A stretch of DNA of 64,000 nucleotides from Gemmatimonadota bacterium. Lineage in GTDB: Bacteria > Gemmatimonadota > Gemmatimonadetes > Gemmatimonadales > GWC2-71-9. The stretch spans positions 423,338 through 487,337 of the forward strand of contig JBDHAB010000001.1 of the NCBI GenBank assembly GCA_039588295.1, in the 5' to 3' direction. The notes below the pieces were generated by a model. That model worked only from the letters and a program-made list of their open reading frames with translations, was not told where the DNA came from and did no database searches. Shown here piece after piece: positions 9,927-19,616 of the stretch. Made by a program: the position numbers and the translations under genes. How positions within the stretch are numbered: the stretch's first letter is position 1; every line of letters begins with the position of its first letter.

Positions 9927-10736
9927 TCACTGAAGCTGGTGACAGCGCCACTCCCCCAGGGAGGTGAGTTGCAGCGTGCGGAGGTCAAAAGCAAACAGGC
10001 TGTCCACTCCCACGTCAAACATGTCAGGGATCTCCGGACAGAGCGAGCGCGGTAGCTCGGCGCCGCTGAGGAGCCAGATGCGGACTGTGGTGCTATCGAT
10101 CACGCCGGCCATCTCTCCAGCGCCTTCCAGTGTGAGCAACTTCTTCCGGGACGGCACGTCGTACAGGATCAGGTCCCGTAGTTGACCCGTCCCACTGTCG
10201 AGGAGGAGGAGGTCTTCCCACAGGCCGGAGTAGTACTCGGCCCACTCGTTGCGGAGGACGAAGTCGCCAGCTAGGCTATCCGTCGTGCAATCAGCGACGG
10301 CAACCGGCGCTCCTGGGGCCCGCTCGCGCACGATGGCAACGGGCTCCGGGTCGGGTGATTCCCATTCGACGACCACGTACCGATCGTAATGATGGCAACG
10401 CACGCGAGGGGCAACCTCCCTGCTTTCGGTGGCACGGAAGAACATGCGGTAGACGGAGTCCCCACCGGTCTGTCCCGCGGGCATGGTAGGGGCGGGCACC
10501 TCGAGGTCGGCGGAGTCGAGCGGCTCGGAGGACGCCGGCTGGTTCGTGTCCGGCACGGGCTCGGCTATAAGGGAATCGGAGGAGAGGGCCGAATGGCCGA
10601 CGTCGACCGCAGGGTGATCTCGCTTGTCACCTGCGGTGCAGCCAAGGGTGTAAGCCGCGACGATGAGCGCAAGAGCGCCCCACCAGCGCTGACGTCGAAG
10701 CGCAGCGACCTTCTGCCGCTTCAACACGTGGCTCAC
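9927..10736 (-). CDS. Hypothetical lipoprotein
   Basis: TLGC lipobox, low-complexity linker, Cys-containing beta-rich domain. Confidence 0.65.
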   Translation of the reverse strand: MSHVLKRQKVAALRRQRWWGALALIVAAYTLGCTAGDKRDHPAVDVGHSALSSDSLIAEPVPDTNQPASSEPLDSADLEVPAPTMPAGQTGGDSVYRMFFRATESREVAPRVRCHHYDRYVVVEWESPDPEPVAIVRERAPGAPVAVADCTTDSLAGDFVLRNEWAEYYSGLWEDLLLLDSGTGQLRDLILYDVPSRKKLLTLEGAGEMAGVIDSTTVRIWLLSGAELPRSLCPEIPDMFDVGVDSLFAFDLRTLQLTSLGEWRCHQLQ

Positions 10737-10928
10737 GGTTCAGATTCCAAGCGGCGACTCCAACAACGATTCGAGCCGGAGATCGGCGTAGACTTTAGCG
10801 TTGTCGTCTCCCAGTTTGCGGATCATGGTGCCCATGACGCCGTGTAGCATTCACGGTCGAGCTGTGGATGTCGCTCCAGCTGTGCACCACCATCATCTCC
10901 TCTGTTCGCCATCGGCGCCATCCGGCAC

Positions 10929-11309
10929 TCACCGTTGCATGCCGAGGTACATACCGCCGAAGTAGGGAATCAGCCAGGCCAACCACACGAGCAGACTGTA
11001 TCGGTGGAAGCCTGCCCGCACCTCTTCGCTTCCCCTCCGCGTGACCCAGCTGGCCCAGATGGCGTGGGCCAGCATGAGCCAGAGGGCGATTTGTCCGGTG
11101 AGTGTGTGCAGCTCCCGCAGGTCGAACGGTCCTTCGGCCATGCGGTGCATGGCCCATGTGCCGGAAACGTCGAACACGAAGCCGGTCCAGAAGGCGGCCA
11201 CATGCCACGGCTTCAGGTAGCGGGCGATCCGCTCGGACCAGACCCCCAGGGAGTAGAAGACGAGCGCGAGCGTGATCAGGGTAGAGGATACGATCAACGG
11301 GGTCGACAC
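10929..11309 (-). CDS. HsmA/TIGR03987-like membrane protein
   Basis: LALVFYSLGVWSE, LKPWH, FDVSGT, HTLTG, WLIPY. Confidence 0.8.
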   Translation of the reverse strand: MSTPLIVSSTLITLALVFYSLGVWSERIARYLKPWHVAAFWTGFVFDVSGTWAMHRMAEGPFDLRELHTLTGQIALWLMLAHAIWASWVTRRGSEEVRAGFHRYSLLVWLAWLIPYFGGMYLGMQR

Positions 11310-11388
11310 GGGTGCGCCCTAGATGGAAACTGCCTACGTCCCTTGTTCAAATTCATTTCTGCACCTCGCCGTGATCCTGCCGTGGCGA

Positions 11389-11577
11389 CTACCCAACGGG
11401 ACGTTCGAATATCACTTCGCAGAAGTTGGCGCTTGCCCACAAGCCACCGGCCCCGGGCGCGAATACCTGCACCAACCGCCAGCCTTCGGAGGCATGGTCC
11501 CGGACGACGCTTTGGTACTCTTTGCTCTTTGCACGGCCCTTGAGAGGGACAAATCTGTACTCATATCTGGTCTGCAT
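11389..11577 (-). CDS. DUF4177 domain protein
   Basis: YEYRFV..GWRLVQV..IFERP. Confidence 0.8.
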   Translation of the reverse strand: MQTRYEYRFVPLKGRAKSKEYQSVVRDHASEGWRLVQVFAPGAGGLWASANFCEVIFERPVG

Positions 11578-11599
11578 GATGAGATCTCCCGATGGATTC

Positions 11600-11619
11600 G
11601 CCTAACGGTTCGCGCTTGA
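11600..11619 (-). mobile_element. attC right arm with perfect core
   Basis: Minus strand TCAAGCGCGAACC-GTTAGGC, 22 nt before the ATG; no matching left core found. Confidence 0.6.
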
Positions 11620-11718
11620 TTCGGGGCACCGCCACCTACTACCGCTGATGAGCTAGGACCACGTCGATCGTAGAAACCGCGAATGCTCACCGTGATGCTG
11701 CCAGCGGCCTGCTGCAGC

Positions 11719-12072
11719 TCAGTTTCCACCAGTCAGCGACGGGAAGCCGATTGCCACCGTGAGCCGCAGGGCCTGTTCCTCGGAAAATCCCTCCTGCAGC
11801 AGCGCCTCGTAGTAGTTGCGGGCAAAGGACGCCAGGCGCTCGGCGGTCTCAGGGCGCTCGAGCACGTTCAGCATCGCCTCCATCATGTTCTCCATCATCA
11901 TGCCGAACGCCGGCCCCATGCTCTGCATCATCGTCGTGACCGAATCCGATGCAGCGCTCGCATCGAACGCGGAGGGTTCCTGAGCGCGACCGGAACGTGG
12001 CGCTTCGCAGGCGGCCGCGAGCAGGACGACTGCAAGAGCATAGAAGAGTCTGAAACGAAAGGTGCGAAGCAT
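11719..12072 (-). CDS. Hypothetical lipoprotein
   Basis: LAAAC lipobox; YYEALLQEGFSEEQAL. Confidence 0.7.
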   Translation of the reverse strand: MLRTFRFRLFYALAVVLLAAACEAPRSGRAQEPSAFDASAASDSVTTMMQSMGPAFGMMMENMMEAMLNVLERPETAERLASFARNYYEALLQEGFSEEQALRLTVAIGFPSLTGGN

Positions 12073-12143
12073 AATTCCCCTCTTGTGAAAGGTGCGCAGT
12101 GCGCCGCCTAGTGGCTCTGTCCCTCAATACCGTGACGATGCCG

Positions 12144-12449
12144 TCATCGAGGTCCAGTCGCAACGTAGTGAGCAAACCCGACCAGGACGAGCACACAAGC
12201 CGCCACGACGGGGAGCAGGATCTGCACGTCTCTCACCCCGCTACGGAACAGCCAGGCAGCCGGGGCGAGGGCAAAGAGCACGAACGCGAGCAGCGTTGGC
12301 ACAACCCAACGGTGGCCGAAATTCCACGTCCATCCTACGACAAAGCGGTTCCGAACGATGACGCGTGGATCGGCACGACAGGCATAGATGACGCCCAGCG
12401 TCCAATGTCGGTCGTCACTTCGCAGCGCTTCGGCTTCTTCGCGGGTCAT
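12144..12449 (-). CDS. DUF5808-like membrane protein
   Basis: W.LGVIY...DPRVIV..GWTWNFG; start overlaps upstream stop (ATGA). Confidence 0.7.
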   Translation of the reverse strand: MTREEAEALRSDDRHWTLGVIYACRADPRVIVRNRFVVGWTWNFGHRWVVPTLLAFVLFALAPAAWLFRSGVRDVQILLPVVAACVLVLVGFAHYVATGPR

Positions 12450-13120
12450 GGCATGTCTCTCGCCAGTTCATTGATGTCGTGACTCTCGATGATGCGTTTC
12501 GAGTATCCGCTCGCGGCCACCCGTATCATGGCGCGACCAACGTTCTCCGTGGTCGTCACGTATTTCGGAGCCAGCCGCCTCAGCAGCGGGTACAGAGGAC
12601 CAACCAATGTGTAGATGGCTTGGTAGAGCTTCGTCTTCGAGCGGACACCCTTGAGCGGCTGGATGAAGCCCGGCCGAAACATAAACGCGGCTTTGAACGG
12701 CAGGCGGAGCAGGTGGTTCTCGGTCTTGCCCTTCACGCGAGCCCACATGAAGCGCCCGCGTTCCGTGCTGTCCGTACCCGCTCCCGAGACATAACAGAAG
12801 GTCAGAGTGGGATTCAGCGCCACGATCGCTTTTGCCGTGGCCACGGTCAGCTCATACGTCAAGCGGTGATACTGTTTCTCATTCAGTCGCGCCGCAGACA
12901 CTCCGAGGCAGAAGAGGCAGGCATCGTAACCCGCCAGATCGGCCTTGATGTCAGCGTAGTCGAAGAAGTCGGCACGGATGATTTCGTGGACCTTCGGATG
13001 CGTCATCCCGCAGGTGCTACGCCCCACGACCAACACTGAAAGCACCCGAGCATCGGCCAGGCACTCCTTCAGGACCCCCGACCCAACCATCCCTGTGGCG
13101 CCGAAGAGGATGACCTTCAT
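12446..13120 (-). CDS. NAD(P)-binding epimerase/SDR-like protein
   Basis: GATGMVG Rossmann motif, CLFCLG, YVSGAG, WARVKG. Confidence 0.88.
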   Translation of the reverse strand: MKVILFGATGMVGSGVLKECLADARVLSVLVVGRSTCGMTHPKVHEIIRADFFDYADIKADLAGYDACLFCLGVSAARLNEKQYHRLTYELTVATAKAIVALNPTLTFCYVSGAGTDSTERGRFMWARVKGKTENHLLRLPFKAAFMFRPGFIQPLKGVRSKTKLYQAIYTLVGPLYPLLRRLAPKYVTTTENVGRAMIRVAASGYSKRIIESHDINELARDMP

Positions 13121-13288
13121 CGTGTGTCTGCGTCCAGGCTAGGACTCATGTCGGCTCGGCTCGCAGCGTTCCACCGCGCACGGTTGCACCCATGATGATG
13201 GCCGCGCCGCCCAAAGGTGCTTCGATAGCGCACGAGCACAATGGTCGCGGTCACGAATCTACGGCCTCGATACATGCTCTCGTGGACC

Positions 13289-14551
13289 TCATCGTCGAGT
13301 TGGGCTCCCGGGCTGCTCAGTCGACAGAATCGCCTCCATGGCCGCATCCCGCCCGGCGAAGTAGTCCTCGGAGGAAGGTGGCGCCCAAAGGTCTGGCTCA
13401 ATCGAGCGGCGTCCATCACCCGGTGCGTCACCGTGGTACACCGACGACACCGTGAGCGTGAGGTCACTGTTGGGCAGGCGAAGCCTGACGGCGTCGCCGA
13501 AGTGGTTGGGGCTCCCCCCGGTCGGCTCCCCGACGAATACCACGCCCGTCGTGGCGTCCAGCCGCGTGACGAGCTTCTGCGCGGCGGAGTAGGTTCCGCG
13601 CCCGATGATCACGTAGAACCGTCCCCTGGTGACCGACGGCGACGACTTCACCCATTCGACGACGGGGGCGTTCAGGTAATCATTGCCGCCGCCATTGCCG
13701 CGGACGTCCAGCACGATACGCTGGATCGGGAGATCCCTCGCGAACTGCGAAACGCGGTCGAAGTACTGTGCAATCGTTTCGTCGGAGGCATCCCGCACGC
13801 GATTGTACTGCACATAGAGCGTCTGAGATTCCTCCAAGTACTGATGCCAGTAGTTGTCGGCCACCCGCCGACGGTAGAGCGGCTCGGTGTCACCTTCCGC
13901 CGCGTCGATCCAGTTCAGGGTGGCGTCAAACGGCAGCGGCGTGAGATCGACGGTGAGTTCTCGGCCCTGGCGGTCCGCCAACACGAAGCGCGCCTGATCT
14001 CGGTCCGGGGTGATCTCGAGCGCGTGTAGGATCTCGGGAAGCACCATGGCGTCCGGCACCCGATTCTTCAGTGTCATCGCATTGTCATGGGCCGTGATGG
14101 TAGCGACCGCAGTGTACGCCTCCTCGGCGGTCCTGTCGCCGAGCTTCAGGAGGCGAGCGCCGACGGCGCCTCTCAGCGCAGAGGGCGCGCTGCGCACGAA
14201 GATCCCGTCGTCAAAGACGTGGAGACGAAGTGGATACTGACCGGTCAAGAACTGGAGGCCACCCCGAATGCCGGTATGACCATCCTGGATCATCGCAACG
14301 ATCCGAGCCATTTCCACGATGATCTCATGGCTGTCCAGCGTGGGAATCCTTGCGTACAGGGCATCGACCATGCTTTGCAGGGACTCTTCCGTAACGGCGT
14401 GGAACGGGTTCGGGTGATGCGTCCGGATCGATTGCCAAAGGAACGCCAGATCCTCGCGCCATTGCGACGTGGGGAGAGTCTGAGCTTGTGAAGTGGCGAA
14501 GCCCCCGGCGAGCAGCAATGTCAAGAAGACTGGAAGAAATGAACGTTTCAC
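13289..14551 (-). CDS. Secreted S41-family peptidase
   Basis: Signal peptide, DGHT, LDVRGNGGG, TYSAA, VGEPTGG. Confidence 0.85.
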   Translation of the reverse strand: MKRSFLPVFLTLLLAGGFATSQAQTLPTSQWREDLAFLWQSIRTHHPNPFHAVTEESLQSMVDALYARIPTLDSHEIIVEMARIVAMIQDGHTGIRGGLQFLTGQYPLRLHVFDDGIFVRSAPSALRGAVGARLLKLGDRTAEEAYTAVATITAHDNAMTLKNRVPDAMVLPEILHALEITPDRDQARFVLADRQGRELTVDLTPLPFDATLNWIDAAEGDTEPLYRRRVADNYWHQYLEESQTLYVQYNRVRDASDETIAQYFDRVSQFARDLPIQRIVLDVRGNGGGNDYLNAPVVEWVKSSPSVTRGRFYVIIGRGTYSAAQKLVTRLDATTGVVFVGEPTGGSPNHFGDAVRLRLPNSDLTLTVSSVYHGDAPGDGRRSIEPDLWAPPSSEDYFAGRDAAMEAILSTEQPGSPTRR

Positions 14552-14635
14552 AAGATCAACTCACTCAGTTGACACGTTTCCGTGGCAAGTCAGCGGCACA
14601 TTCGGGCTGCAGCCGATCTATGGTTGGCGTGTGTG

Positions 14636-15181
14636 CTACCGTGACCAGGGCGGTACGATGTCGTTCATCCGTGCGTAGGCAACCGACTGCCCGACATGCT
14701 CGTTCATATGTGCCAGCAGCTGAAATAGCACCGCCCACCCGGGAACGCTCCGGCCGTAAAGCGTCGTCAAGCGTGTGAGGTCCGCCTCGCCCATATCATT
14801 GACTGACGCTCGGACGTGCTCGATCGATTGCGCCAACAGCTGGGTTACTGTTGCCTTGTCCGTGATCGACTCGAAGTTCTGCCAATCGACACCTGGAGCG
14901 GCGTCAATGCCAAGTGACTGCTCGAGGTACAGATAGTTGTAGCGCGCGATGTGCGCGTAAACGCGCCCGATCGACATGACGCCCTCGCCGGGACTCCACG
15001 TGTAGAGATCTGCGGGAATCTCCCTCGAGAGCATCATGAGTTTTCGACTCGACCGGTCGAAGTGATTCGCAAACTCATCGCGATAGTCCGTCGGTGCGCT
15101 CTGAGCGAGAGAAGTTGTCGCGCCGACGAGCAATGCGAACGCCAGAAGCAGGATGGTACGCGTCATTTCAGTCGACCTCAA
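14636..15181 (-). CDS. Secreted DinB family protein
   Basis: Signal peptide, YAHIA, HMNEHVGQSVAYAR..VPPWS. Confidence 0.85.
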   Translation of the reverse strand: MRSTEMTRTILLLAFALLVGATTSLAQSAPTDYRDEFANHFDRSSRKLMMLSREIPADLYTWSPGEGVMSIGRVYAHIARYNYLYLEQSLGIDAAPGVDWQNFESITDKATVTQLLAQSIEHVRASVNDMGEADLTRLTTLYGRSVPGWAVLFQLLAHMNEHVGQSVAYARMNDIVPPWSR

Positions 15182-15636
15182 AGTGATGGTGGGGTCATCG
15201 AGTCGGCCGCTCCCAGCTCGGGGAGGCGCCGCGCACGGTCGATCGCGGCAGCCATTGCGCTCGCCTGCTCCCGGTCTCGACGGCGGATCTTAAGCCTGAG
15301 TACTCCGAGTCGAGCGCTTGGGATCCCCTCGAAGACCTCGAGGCTTCGCCCCTGGAGCTCCAGGCGCGGCGTCCACCATGCGCGGAACCGCACGCTTGCG
15401 ATAGCATTCGCCGGGACCTCGAGCCTCCCGATGGGCGAGCGGTCGACCTCATCAGTCACGCCACTGAACGTCACCCACTGCGAATTCCGTGTCGCGGCCC
15501 ACTGCAAGGAGATGGTGTCCCCGTCGAGATGAAGCAGGCCTTCCACCCGATAGGAGATGGAGCGCACGCCCTGAGAATCGAGGGCGTCGATGCCCGGAAC
15601 CCGCAGCCGAAACGGGAGCGGATCGGTCAACGACAT
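15178..15636 (-). CDS. Hypothetical protein
   Basis: GGAGG RBS; stop overlaps the next start. Confidence 0.6.
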   Translation of the reverse strand: MSLTDPLPFRLRVPGIDALDSQGVRSISYRVEGLLHLDGDTISLQWAATRNSQWVTFSGVTDEVDRSPIGRLEVPANAIASVRFRAWWTPRLELQGRSLEVFEGIPSARLGVLRLKIRRRDREQASAMAAAIDRARRLPELGAADSMTPPSL

Positions 15637-15670
15637 GACCCCTCCTGGCAGCTCGATGCGTCTGATGCAG

Positions 15671-16126
15671 CTAGGCGCGCGGGTTGCATGCGACTCGAGC
15701 ACCCTCGTAGCTCACAAGCGCGCTCGCTCCAAACCTCGTAAAGACGTGGCCTCTTCCGGTGAATCGCTCGTCTCGGACGTTGCCGAAGAGCCAGATCCAC
15801 CACGATGCGTCTCCCCACTCAACCCGAACGGAACCAGCCCTCAGCGGTTCCCACCGCCCGCGCATCCGTGACCCAGGGATAATGACAACGCCGCGGGCCG
15901 TGATCCCAAGCTCGATGTGAGACGGCGCAATGCTCGTGTCAGGATTGGCCATTGGCTCACCGGCTATACGCTGCAGGGACCAACAAACGCTCGGGAGGTC
16001 ATCGGGGGGCGGCCGCCGACCCAGCACACCGCAGCCGCTTGCGAGGACCGTGACCAGGAACGCAACGGCGGCCGGTGAATGGGGGCCGCCTCGAGAGCCG
16101 GACAACGCGCCCCTGCCGCTATGCAA
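15671..16126 (-). CDS. Hypothetical lipoprotein (start uncertain)
   Basis: LASGC lipobox-like motif. Confidence 0.45.
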   Translation of the reverse strand: MHSGRGALSGSRGGPHSPAAVAFLVTVLASGCGVLGRRPPPDDLPSVCWSLQRIAGEPMANPDTSIAPSHIELGITARGVVIIPGSRMRGRWEPLRAGSVRVEWGDASWWIWLFGNVRDERFTGRGHVFTRFGASALVSYEGARVACNPRA

Positions 16127-16304
16127 TAGTCATCTCGGGTAAAGGCAGTTCCTTCAAGTACAGCGACTCGAGGGCAGCGCCGGTCTCGATGTTGTCGAAG
16201 TAGCAGAACTCGCCATGCTCGCCAAGGTTGCCGCTTTGAATCATCTCCTGCCCTTGTCTGGAGAGTTCATCTTTGGTCGACCGCTCCTTCTCGAGTACAT
16301 CCAA
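16119..16304 (-). pseudogene. C-terminal remnant of a VOC (methylmalonyl-CoA epimerase-like) gene
   Basis: IQSG..GEFCYFD..TGAALE resembles a VOC C-terminus; no N-terminal half present. Confidence 0.45.
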
Positions 16305-16328
16305 CTTCTCTTCTAGTTTGTGTCCACG

Positions 16329-16823
16329 TCAGTTCGTGCAATTTGGGGGACGTGGCGGCTGTTCGGCCAAGTTGGCGGCGAAGGACGCGGGCAGATTGGC
16401 CGCATGGAAACCGTCCCGTACCGATCCTTTGAACGCCGTTCCACCGTAGCCGGTCGGATGCATGTGTGCCCGCACCAAGATGACTGTGTCGGCCAGCACC
16501 GACACCGGCCCGCCGCCCCGTGTGAATGGTTGCTCCGCGACGTGGCTGTGCGACAGCGTTCGCCGGTAGATCAACCGACCATCCTGGCTCAGCACTTCCC
16601 ACCAATCGGCGTATAGCCGGCAACCCCTGTCAGGACTTCGGACTCCCACGTCGAATCTATAGGCCCCTGGCTCTCCAGTGGTGCGCACCGACACGACATC
16701 GGCGGCGGGCCCAGGCGATTCGAGTTGAGAGGTCTTCGGTGCCGTCGTCCGACACGCGACCGCCAGGAGGAGGAGCGGCCACACACCAAGGCAGGCCTTG
16801 GGGACTCCAGTACCGAACCTCAT
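16329..16823 (-). CDS. Conserved hypothetical lipoprotein
   Basis: LAVAC; SPDRGCRLYADWWEV, HSHVAEQPFTR, RAHMH. Confidence 0.75.
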   Translation of the reverse strand: MRFGTGVPKACLGVWPLLLLAVACRTTAPKTSQLESPGPAADVVSVRTTGEPGAYRFDVGVRSPDRGCRLYADWWEVLSQDGRLIYRRTLSHSHVAEQPFTRGGGPVSVLADTVILVRAHMHPTGYGGTAFKGSVRDGFHAANLPASFAANLAEQPPRPPNCTN

Positions 16824-17107
16824 CGCTCTATTGATAGGTGACGTCCAGCGCCTGTGCTGCGCGCGTGCTCGATCATCATGTGGGAACATGTCATTTGAAC
16901 CACGGTGTCGTCCAGCCAGCATACATCACTCTTCAATCGGGATCGCCGCCCTAGCCGGGGCTTTACCGGGGGCGCTGGCGGCGGCGAAGTGAAGGAACGG
17001 TGTTCAGTTGAGACTCTTCGAGCAAGCGTCATTACGCTGCAGCATTCTGCAACCCACGTTTGCGTGATGGAACCTCGTGTGACGATGAGCGCCCAACCTG
17101 CATGCGA

Positions 17108-17323
17108 TCACCGTTTGGGCAGGAACCAGTGGATGTAACCACAGTCGGCGCAGACGAAGCAATCCGCATTTGGCGAGGCCCACTCGAGGTCGAAGAAGGT
17201 GGCGACTTGAGTGTGGAGCTGTGCCCGCCGGTGCCAGAACCGATCGTGGTGACAGATTTCACACCGGAGGTCGTGTCCTTCGACTTGGGCGGGTTCAGGT
17301 TCGCGCTTGCCAAATAGTCCCAT
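17108..17323 (-). CDS. Zinc-ribbon protein
   Basis: CEIC..CADCGY; AGGAGG RBS. Confidence 0.8.
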   Translation of the reverse strand: MGLFGKREPEPAQVEGHDLRCEICHHDRFWHRRAQLHTQVATFFDLEWASPNADCFVCADCGYIHWFLPKR

Positions 17324-17347
17324 TGGACCTCCTTGCCTTCAGACCAC

Positions 17348-17399
17348 GCTGAACGGTCCGTGCCGCTGCCAGGGGGCCGGCTTCAGGCGCCCATTAGAC
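17348..17399 (-). mobile_element. Degenerate attC site
   Basis: GTCTAAT (contains the upstream TAA stop)-GGGCGCCTGAAGCCGG..GCAGCGGCACGGACC-GTTCAGC. Confidence 0.55.
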
Positions 17400-17768
17400 A
17401 TCACCATCCTGCCAACGGCGACCGCCAAGTACCCAAAGTGGTATCGTGAGGGGTAGCAGGAGAGACGCGGACCACCAACCCGTGATTCCCATTTGTCGCG
17501 CGTCACCGAGCGCCCAGACCCCCCACGCCACTGCGGTGAAGAAGAGGATGTAGATCGGCGTCATGAGGCGTCGATAGCTGACGGCTGGGTATCGCCACGG
17601 AGCGAAGAGTAGAATCGAAGTCACGGCCGCTCCGAGGATGGCGAGCCCCAGCGCCGCACGCTCGGGCTCGCCCTGAGCTAAGACGATTACCGAAAGAATC
17701 AACACCCACACGAATCCTCCGGACCACCCTAGCACCCAGCCGAGCTTCTCGCCGGACCGTGTTGTCAT
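17394..17768 (-). CDS. Four-TM membrane protein
   Basis: GEKLGWVLGW.GGF.W, APWRYP..Y..LM; start after the attC core. Confidence 0.75.
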   Translation of the reverse strand: MTTRSGEKLGWVLGWSGGFVWVLILSVIVLAQGEPERAALGLAILGAAVTSILLFAPWRYPAVSYRRLMTPIYILFFTAVAWGVWALGDARQMGITGWWSASLLLPLTIPLWVLGGRRWQDGDV

Positions 17769-17792
17769 GACCCCCACCGGGACAGAAGTGAT

Positions 17793-17855
17793 GTCCAACG
17801 TGCCGGCGTGTGAGCCGCGGGCGACGTGCCCGCCAGTCGCACCTCTGAGTTGGAT
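17793..17855 (-). mobile_element. attC site, apparently intact (63 bp)
   Basis: ATCCAAC (RYYYAAC)-TCAGA-GGTGCGAC-TGGCGGGCACGTCGCCCGCGGCTCACACGCCGGCAC-GTTGGAC (GTTRRRY); complementary cores and an internal GCGGGC/GCCCGC stem. Confidence 0.8.
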
Positions 17856-17910
17856 CTGCTCGTATTTAGCCAGGCGCTCGCATCCGCGCCACCTACCGCC
17901 CCCGCTCAGC

Positions 17911-17928
17911 TCCTAACGCGTGCTAGGC
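17911..17928 (-). mobile_element. Collapsed attC-like remnant
   Basis: GCCTAGC-ACGC-GTTAGGA. Confidence 0.5.
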
Positions 17929-17961
17929 AGTGGGCTCGGCGATGCACTCCGAGCGGACACA

Positions 17962-18366
17962 TCAACAGGTCGAGTGGATAAGCGCCCCGGCCGGATGTGC
18001 CTCCGACAGCTCGTTGTAGAGGCGTACGGCCTCCTCGGTCTTGACCACATGTGCGATGACGTTGTTCGACTCGAGCATTCGCAGGGTCTCGGGACACACT
18101 TGCAGGCGGCCGAGCATACCCGTTGACAGCACCACCACTACCGCGCCGCGCACGAGTAGCTCTTCGACATCAGCAGGTTGCGTCCCGGGTTGATGATTGG
18201 TGCCAGTTTCCCGCCAGTCCCATTCCCGAGCACCGCCGGGAAAGAGCTTGGCGTCCTTGAATGCACCATGGGACTCCACACGCACGTGACCCCAAGAGAG
18301 GTGCGCAATGCGCGGGGATACGGGCTGTTCCTTCAGGAGGGCCGTCTCCAATCCGATGATTGTCAC
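17962..18366 (-). CDS. Mth938-like (DUF498) protein
   Basis: FKDAKLFPGG..WDW.ETGT.H.PG, YNEL, LIHSTC; start uncertain. Confidence 0.85.
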   Translation of the reverse strand: MTIIGLETALLKEQPVSPRIAHLSWGHVRVESHGAFKDAKLFPGGAREWDWRETGTNHQPGTQPADVEELLVRGAVVVVLSTGMLGRLQVCPETLRMLESNNVIAHVVKTEEAVRLYNELSEAHPAGALIHSTC

Positions 18367-18374
18367 TCGCCGCT

Positions 18375-18439
18375 GTCCAACGACCTGGCGCTGAGCTACA
18401 GCGCCACGGAACCTGCGCCTTTGAGCGTTCCCGCTAGGC
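18375..18439 (-). mobile_element. Degenerate attC site (65 bp)
   Basis: GCCTAGC (contains the upstream TAG stop)..GTAGCTCAGCGCCAGGTC-GTTGGAC. Confidence 0.65.
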
Positions 18440-18835
18440 CGCTTCAATGCGGTTGAAGATCTCCACCATCCGCTCAGGATTGACATAGAGCTGCCATACA
18501 GCGACACGCCCATCTTCGACCACGACACGCCACGCCGCCTGCGCTACCCAGTGATTCTCTGATTTGAGCACTCCGTCCTGATCGAATGTACCCTCGGCGA
18601 CGCCAAACAGTGCGACTGTGTCACCCTGCGAAAACGCGTCTTTCACGTGAATCTGAAAGTCAGGAACCATCGAGAAGTACTTCTCCCATCCCCGACGCAT
18701 CTCCTCGCGTCCGGAATGTTCACTGCCATCAGAGTCCACGAACGCGTGGTTCTCTGTCATCAGAGTTGAAAGCAGATCCGGATTGCCGGAATTGATGGCA
18801 TCGACGAATGAATATGCAACCTGAGTGGGAGTCAT
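18434..18835 (-). CDS. SnoaL/NTF2-like protein
   Basis: FVDAIN, H.FVDS.G, YFSMVPD, AAWRVVV..W. Confidence 0.85.
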   Translation of the reverse strand: MTPTQVAYSFVDAINSGNPDLLSTLMTENHAFVDSDGSEHSGREEMRRGWEKYFSMVPDFQIHVKDAFSQGDTVALFGVAEGTFDQDGVLKSENHWVAQAAWRVVVEDGRVAVWQLYVNPERMVEIFNRIEAA

Positions 18836-18856
18836 TCTGTGACACTCCTCTACGCC

Positions 18857-18871
18857 ACCTAACGGTCAGGC
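18857..18871 (-). mobile_element. Collapsed attC remnant
   Basis: GCCTGAC (contains the TGA stop)-C-GTTAGGT (perfect GTTRRRY), then RBS and ATG. Confidence 0.55.
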
Positions 18872-19135
18872 CAGGGTGGTGAACCATATTGCTGGCTCGC
18901 CAGCCACGCCGGCTGCTGACATCACTTCACCCAAGCGGTCGGACGCTACAAAGGCTCGGGTAGCCTGCAGTGTCTCAAAGTCATGCCACGCGGTCACGTC
19001 GTTGGGGTCGTCCGCCGACATGAAGACCGCGTCACCAATCACGCCCATGCCCTTCCGCTCATCGTCGAAATCGTCATAGGCCTGTTTCCACTTGGCGAAG
19101 TCGGCTACTGGATGGCGCACAAACATGCGAATCAT
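18866..19135 (-). CDS. Dimeric alpha/beta-barrel (cyclase/ABM-like) protein
   Basis: VRHPVADFAKWK, DDPNDV, M..AGV.GEP. Confidence 0.8.
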   Translation of the reverse strand: MIRMFVRHPVADFAKWKQAYDDFDDERKGMGVIGDAVFMSADDPNDVTAWHDFETLQATRAFVASDRLGEVMSAAGVAGEPAIWFTTLA

Positions 19136-19172
19136 GGTGACCTCGTGAGTGGGTGTTGTGAGTTGGGACTGC

Positions 19173-19217
19173 CGCTAACGTGCAGCGCGGCCGCACACAG
19201 GAGATACACTGCTCGGC
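19173..19217 (-). mobile_element. Degenerate attC site
   Basis: GCCGAGC..GTTAGCG with flanking CTGCCG/CGGCAG inverted repeat. Confidence 0.45.
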
Positions 19218-19262
19218 AGCGCTAGGGCAACTGCCGGTCTCCCCTGCAAATGGCGGTCACCT

Positions 19263-19616
19263 TTACACGCTCATCGCCTTCGGTCGTGCATGCCGTGACT
19301 GATAGATGCCGAGCTTGCCGCCGCCCGGCAGGGTCAGGCGCGTGATCAAGCCCCAACTCTCGGTCTGCACGGGGCTGCTCGTGATGCCGTATTTCTTCAT
19401 TTCCGCGGTGAACGCCTCGACATCGTCGCACATCAGATAGAACTCGTGCACGTCGTTCTGTTCGGATGGATGTACTGCAACCTCCGCCGGTGGCAATCCG
19501 AAGATCAGCCAGCCGCCGCCCACATCGACATTCGTCAGCTTGAGTACGTCCCGCAGAAAGGCGCGGTCGGCATCCGGATTCGTGCTGTAGATGATTGAAT
19601 GCGCACCGATGATCAT
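19263..19616 (-). CDS. VOC/glyoxalase family protein
   Basis: GAHSIIYS, GGGWLIF.LPPAEVAVHP, LPGGGKLGIY. Confidence 0.88.
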   Translation of the reverse strand: MIIGAHSIIYSTNPDADRAFLRDVLKLTNVDVGGGWLIFGLPPAEVAVHPSEQNDVHEFYLMCDDVEAFTAEMKKYGITSSPVQTESWGLITRLTLPGGGKLGIYQSRHARPKAMSV

